In this document: in pieces, positions 52,010 through 64,000 of the stretch | Layout: each line of letters opens with the position of its first letter | Numbering within the stretch: the first letter of the stretch is position 1 | Translations under genes and position numbers: made by a program | NCBI GenBank assembly: GCA_964016885.1 | Contig: OZ024742.1 | Coordinates: 263,252,001 to 263,316,000 of the forward strand | From: Eledone cirrhosa | Taxonomy: Eukaryota | Direction of reading: 5' to 3' | DNA: 64,000 bases | Notes under the pieces: generated by a model | Database searches by the model: none | Seen by the model: only the letters and a program-made list of their open reading frames with translations | Told to the model about the DNA's origin: nothing

Positions 52010-55000
52010 TGCTGTAAAATGGAGGGGTAGAGAGGGCCCTTGAGTCTAGTAAGACATCCTCTCTAGTGCTGGTGGCACAAATAAAAGCACCCAGTCCATG
52101 CTGTAAAGTGGCGCTGGTGTTAGGAAGGGCATCCAACCAGTGTATCAATGCCAAAAAGCTTATCAGCACAGCAACAAAACAGCATAGAAAAATATGAAGA
52201 CGTCGCATCTCAGAGTTGCAACACTTAATGTTGGCACTCTCAGAGGTAGGTCTGCTGAAATAGCGGAGATGCTGGAGAGAAGGCAGGTGGATGTGTGCTG
52301 CGTGCAAGAGGTGAGATGGAGGGGTGCCTCTGCGAGACTAGTCGTAGGCAAGCGTCTTAGCTATAAGCTATTCTGGGTAGGTAAGGATGATGGGTTAGGG
52401 GGAGTAGGCATTTTCCTGGCTGAGAAATGGATCAATAAGACAATAGAGGTAGTTCGAGTTAGTAATCGAATAATTAAGCTTAGATTAGTTGTAGGTAGGA
52501 GACTACTGACAATCATCTCGGTCTATGCTCCCCAAGCAGGCCTAGGCAAAGATGAGAAAGACTGCTTTTATGAGCAACTTTTGCAAACAACCACAATGAC
52601 AGAGGACGGAGACATCGTTATGCTAGCAGGAGACTTCAATGGTCATGTTGGACAGCTCCAGGATGGTTACACTGGGGTACATGGTGGGCACGGTTACGGT
52701 TCAAGAAATGAAGAAGGAGTGAGACTTCTTGAATTTTGTGATGCAAGTACATTGACTATTTGCAACACAAACTTCCAGAAACCTGCCAATCACCTAATAA
52801 CCTACAAATCTGGTGAGCACATAAGCCAGATTGACTTCCTGCTAGTTAGGCAGCGGGACAGGCAGATAGTGTCTAATACCAAGGCATACCCTGGGGAAGA
52901 ATGTACCCCACAGCATAGGTTAGTTGTTAGTGATATCTCAGTAAGCAAGAGATGGAATGAGCCATATAGGAAGGTGTGGAGAAGAAAGGTCTGGAAGCTA
53001 AAAGACCTTTCACTAAAATTCAAATTTAGGAAAGCCCTTCAAGATGTATATGACGAAAAAGAAGACGATTTAGAGACGTATGACATAGATAATAACTGGA
53101 AGTTCTTACGTGACAACTTGCTGAAGGCTACTGATGAAACCTGTGGCTGGAGCAGAGCTCCAACCAGACAGAGAGTGACCTGGTGGTGGAACAGCAGTGT
53201 AGATAAGGCTATTAGAGACAAAAGACTAGCATGGAAGGCTTGGAATAAGGGTGGGAGTAGGGAAGAATATACAGCCACTAAGAGAGAAGCTAGACGTCAG
53301 GTGTACTTAGCACGCAGGGAGGCAGAGAGTAGGAGGTTTGCCAATGTTCTGCGACGGGAAGATCAGAGGCGTGCGGTGTTCCACATTGCAAGGCAGTGTG
53401 TCAATGCAAATCAGGATGTTGTTGGTGATAAATGTGTCCGGGATGATGCCGGTGTACTTAGTGTCACGAATGACCAGAAAAAGGAGGCCTGGAAATGTCA
53501 TTATGAGAGACTGATGAATGTGGAGAACGAATGGGAGAGAGAGAAATTACCCTTGGTAGATCCGACAGAGGGACCAGCTATTGAGATTGACGAATATAGG
53601 GTCCAAGAGGCGATTAGGGAAATGAAAAATGGTAAGGCGGCCGGACCATCGGGAATAGTTGCTGAGATGCTGAAGGCATCAGGGGACGTAGGCACTAAAC
53701 TGGTTGCACGCATAATCAATCAGGCTATATATGGTGGTGTCATACCCAAAGACTGGTGCAGCAGTATTCTCATAAATTGCTACAAAGGTAAAGGGGATGC
53801 TTTGGAGAGGAGCAATTATAGGGGTATAAAACTGATAGATCAGGTTATGAAAGTGGCAGAAAGGATTCTAGCACAACTAATTAGAGAAAGGGTCAAACTA
53901 GATGAGATGCAGTTTGGTTTTGTGCCTGGGAAGAGTACAACAGATGCCCTCTTCTTGGTGAGACAAATGCAAGAGAGGTTCTTAGAGAAGAATAAGCCAC
54001 TATACTTAGCCTTTGTTGACCTAGAGAAGGCCTTTGATAGGGTACCCCGATCTGTCATCTGGTGGTCCCTAAGGAAGCTGGGTGTTGAGGAATGCTTGTA
54101 AGGACAGTGCAAACTTTGTACAGAGGTACTCTCAGTAAAGTCAGGGTAGGAATGGAGTTTAGTGAGGAATTCAGATACAAGTAGGAGTACAATCAGGGTT
54201 CGGTCCTCAGCCCGCTCTTGTTCATTATAGTCCTCCAAGCCATAACAGAGGAGTTTAAGACTGGCTGTCCATGGGAACTTCTCTATGCTGACGATCTGGC
54301 TCTTATGGCAGAATCAGTAGAGGAGCTAGAGAATAAATTCCGGCTATGGAAACAGCAGTTGGAAGCAAGAGGACTGAGAGTAAATCTAGCTAAGACAAAA
54401 GTGTTGATGAGTAGAAAAGAGGACAAAACCCTGATTCCGTCAGGGAAATGGCCATGTTCGATATGCAGAAAAGGAACTGGCATAAATTCTATAAAATGCA
54501 CGCAATGTAGGTCCTGGGTACACAAGAGATGTAGCGGGATAGCAGGCAAACTAACAGGTAGGGAGAAATATGTATGCAGTAGATGTACAGGGAAATTAGA
54601 CAGTAGAAGTCGCACTGATAGACACATTTTTCAAATGCGAGAGGGCGCTATAGAAAGTGGTGGATAGCTTCCGGTACCTAGGAGATCAGATTAGCATGGG
54701 AGGAGGGTGTTCCGAGGCATAGTATCTAGAATAAGGACGGGTTGGAAGAAGTTTAGGGAGCTGCTTCCTCTGTTGACGAAGAAGGGTTTCTCCCTGCGTA
54801 CGAAAGGCCGGTTGTATGATGCCTGTGTGAGGAGCGCGATGCTGCATGGTAGTGAGACATGGGCAGCTACCGCAGAAGATATGCGACGGCTGGAGAGAAA
54901 TGAGGCAAGCATGCTCCGTTGGATGTGCAGTGTAAATGTGCGTGAACGACCCAGCATAAATGTGTTGAGAGAGAAACTGTGTCTGAGAGGGATAGAATGT

Positions 55001-55279
55001 AGTGTACGGAGAGGAGACTGAGGTGGTATGGACATGTGATGCGCATGGAGGATGACCGATGGGTGAAGAAGTGCCAGGAAATGCCAGTTGAAGGAAGACG
55101 TGGTAGAGGTAGACACGAAAAACATGGGCGGAGGTGGTGAGAACAGACCTCAGATCATTGAAGCTCACGGTGGAGATGACGAGGGACCGTGACGAGTGGA
55201 GAGATGCTGTGCTGAATAAGACCCGTCCCACCCTTGCAAGCAGGGAAAAGCGGACGTAAAATGATGATGATGATGATGA
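52010..55279 (+). mobile_element. Near full-length RTE-clade LINE (APE, RT, PHD finger), frameshifted
   Basis: ORF from 52194: TLNV, CVQEVRW, SVYAPQ, GDFNGH, QIDFL, QHRLV (APE); KAAGPSG, NYRGI, QFGF, FVDLEKAFDRV, YADD at 54284 (RT). Frameshifts after about 54095; (ATG)n tail. Confidence 0.93.
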
Positions 55280-58975
<3,696 letters not shown>

Positions 58976-59319
58976 GGCGGCGATGAATTAGTTTTGCGAG
59001 GTTTTTTATATGAAATCATGTGTCGAAACAGATATTGTTATATTTGGGGAGGGTCATATTTGCGTAATATTGCCAGAATTAATAACAGAACACACTCACT
59101 GTTTGGTTGGTTTTCGCTTCTAGCTGTCTTTTATATATATATATCTGCGATCTATTTTTGACCGCCGGTCAGTCAATGGCAACATTGAGGACCGAGTAGG
59201 TTAGATCGCAGATATATATATATAAAAGACAGCGAGAAGCGAAAACCAACCAAACAGTGAGTGTGTTCTGTTATTAATTCTGGCAATATTACGCAAATAT
59301 GACCCTCCCCAAATATAAC
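58976..59319 (-). mobile_element. Fold-back repeat related to the Penelope-like family at 19978 and 46898
   Basis: Inverted arms of about 118 bp (59037-59153 / 59202-59319). Shares the atgaccctccc-aaa-tataacaatat--gtttc-acaca terminus, with the extension on the left. Confidence 0.55.
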
Positions 59320-61885
<2,566 letters not shown>

Positions 61886-62840
61886 TAACTTTGAATAACT
61901 TTGAAATGTTTTGGCCAGTATTGGCCCAGGCTATGTCTAACTTAATAGCACCACCTGGCGAAGTCTTTCAATTCAGGATTTGGGCACCATGGCCCATTCG
62001 AGAAGAGAACTACTGTTTGCGGAGACATATCCGGGTGTGGGTGGTTTGTCCGGGATTACTTGGAGGAATTTGTCCAAAGACTTCTTGAATTTTGTGTGGT
62101 CAGTTTCTGTTTTGACGTGTCCTGGTGTGATGTTGAAGAGAGCAGGGCCGATTGAGGTGAAATAATTGTGCCGTATTGTTGTTATGAGTTGCGATTTAGA
62201 TTTTTGAATGGGACGGATAGCACGGGGCCCAAGCCTTGGGTGTATCATGAAGGCGATGCCAACCTCATTTGGGCAGTGATGATGGAAAATTTTCCACATC
62301 ATGCAGATAATATAACGCTCACGGCGACGTTGGAGTGAGTAAAGTTTCAGGTTTTCTAATCGACCCCAGTAGTCAAGGTCTGACATGCCATCTATCTTTC
62401 TCGTGATTGCCCTTTGAGGAGCTTCAAGTTTCATGATACTTTGTTTCGTGTGGGGAGACCACAATGGACAACAGTATTCAAGGTGTGGTCGGGCAAAAGT
62501 AGAGAAGAGAAGGATAATGGTGCGGGAATCTCTCGACTGGAAGGTTCTGAGGATCCAGGAACACATTCTGCGGGCCATGTCAACTTTGCTGCTTATATGC
62601 GTGGTCCAGCTTATGTTGCTGTCCACGGTTACTCCCAAGTCTCTGATGTTGTTAGATGCCACGAGAGTTTCCCCGGAGGGAAGGGAGTACGGGAGTTTCA
62701 GAGCATCCTCTTTTCCAAAGTGGATCAGTTCGAATTTATCTTCGTTCAGTAACATGTTGTTCTTTTCTGCCCATTGGGTAACAGCCAGTAGGTCTGACTG
62801 AAGGCTTATCCTGATATGGCCGATCTGGGCTGTATCGGCT
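61886..62840 (-). mobile_element. 5'-truncated CR1-group LINE, intact reading frame
   Basis: [57 protein letters not shown]. Stop at 61973, short 3' UTR, (caaagttat) tail. Confidence 0.88.
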
Positions 62841-62903
62841 ATATATGTATATATATATATGTATATATATATGTATATGTATATATATATGTATATATAT
62901 ATG

Positions 62904-62938
<35 letters not shown>

Positions 62939-63097
62939 GTATATATATATGCATATATATATATATATGTATATATATATGTATATGTATATGTATATAT
63001 GTATATTTATATATATATGTATATATATATATATATGTACATATATATATATATATGTATATATATATATGTACATATATATATGTATATATATATG

Positions 63098-63166
<69 letters not shown>

Positions 63167-63299
63167 GTATATGTATATATATATGTATATATATATATGT
63201 ATATATATATATATGTATATATATATATGTATATATATATATATGTATATATATATATGTATATATATATATATGTATATATATATGTATATATATATG

Positions 63300-63330
<31 letters not shown>

Positions 63331-63837
63331 GTATATATATGTATATGTATATATATATATGTATATGTATATATATATATATGTATATATGTATATGTAT
63401 ATATATATATATGTATATGTATATATATATATATGTATATATATATATGTATATATATATATATGTATATCTATATATGTATGTATATATATATATGTAT
63501 GTATATATGTATATATGTATATGTATATTTATATATATGTATATGTATATATATATATATGTATATATATATATGTATATATATATATATGTATATATAT
63601 ATATGTATGTATATATATATATGTATGTATATATATATATATGTATATATATATATGTATATATATATATATGTATATATATATATGTATATATATATAT
63701 ATGTATATATATATATGTATATATATATATATGTATATATATATATGTATGTATATATATATATATGTATATATATATATGTATGTATATATATATATGT
63801 ATGTATATATATATATATGTATATATATATATGTATG

Positions 63838-63870
<33 letters not shown>

Positions 63871-64000
63871 GTATATATATATATGTATATATATATATAT
63901 GTATATATATATATGTATATATATATATGTATGTATATATATATATATGTATATATATATATGTATGTATATATATATATATATGTATGTAATATATATA
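62841..64000. repeat. (TA)n/(TATG) satellite
   Basis: Seen directly; runs off the window. Confidence 0.95.

Overview
AT-rich eukaryotic genomic DNA, most likely an octopus or other coleoid cephalopod; this is inferred from the tRNA-derived SINE families and the kb-scale (TA)n satellites. I reconstructed two spliced genes by hand. Gene A (+ strand, last five exons, 16-5691) has an ankyrin repeat, a low-complexity linker and a C-terminal coiled coil. Gene B (- strand, six exons, 35812-15260) faces it tail-to-tail, and its last two exons are homologous to those of gene A in both sequence and intron phase. The rest is intron or intergenic DNA. It includes a 69-bp x 101 intronic minisatellite (source of the three 2300-aa ORFs), a decayed Helitron, a mariner with an internal fold-back duplication, and a Tigger carrying a Merlin-like MITE. 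It also holds RTE, Tx1/L1 and CR1 LINEs, SINE stacks, fold-back Penelope-type repeats with minimal hammerhead motifs, long TA satellites and one 200-N gap. No database search was possible; family names come from motif recognition only.
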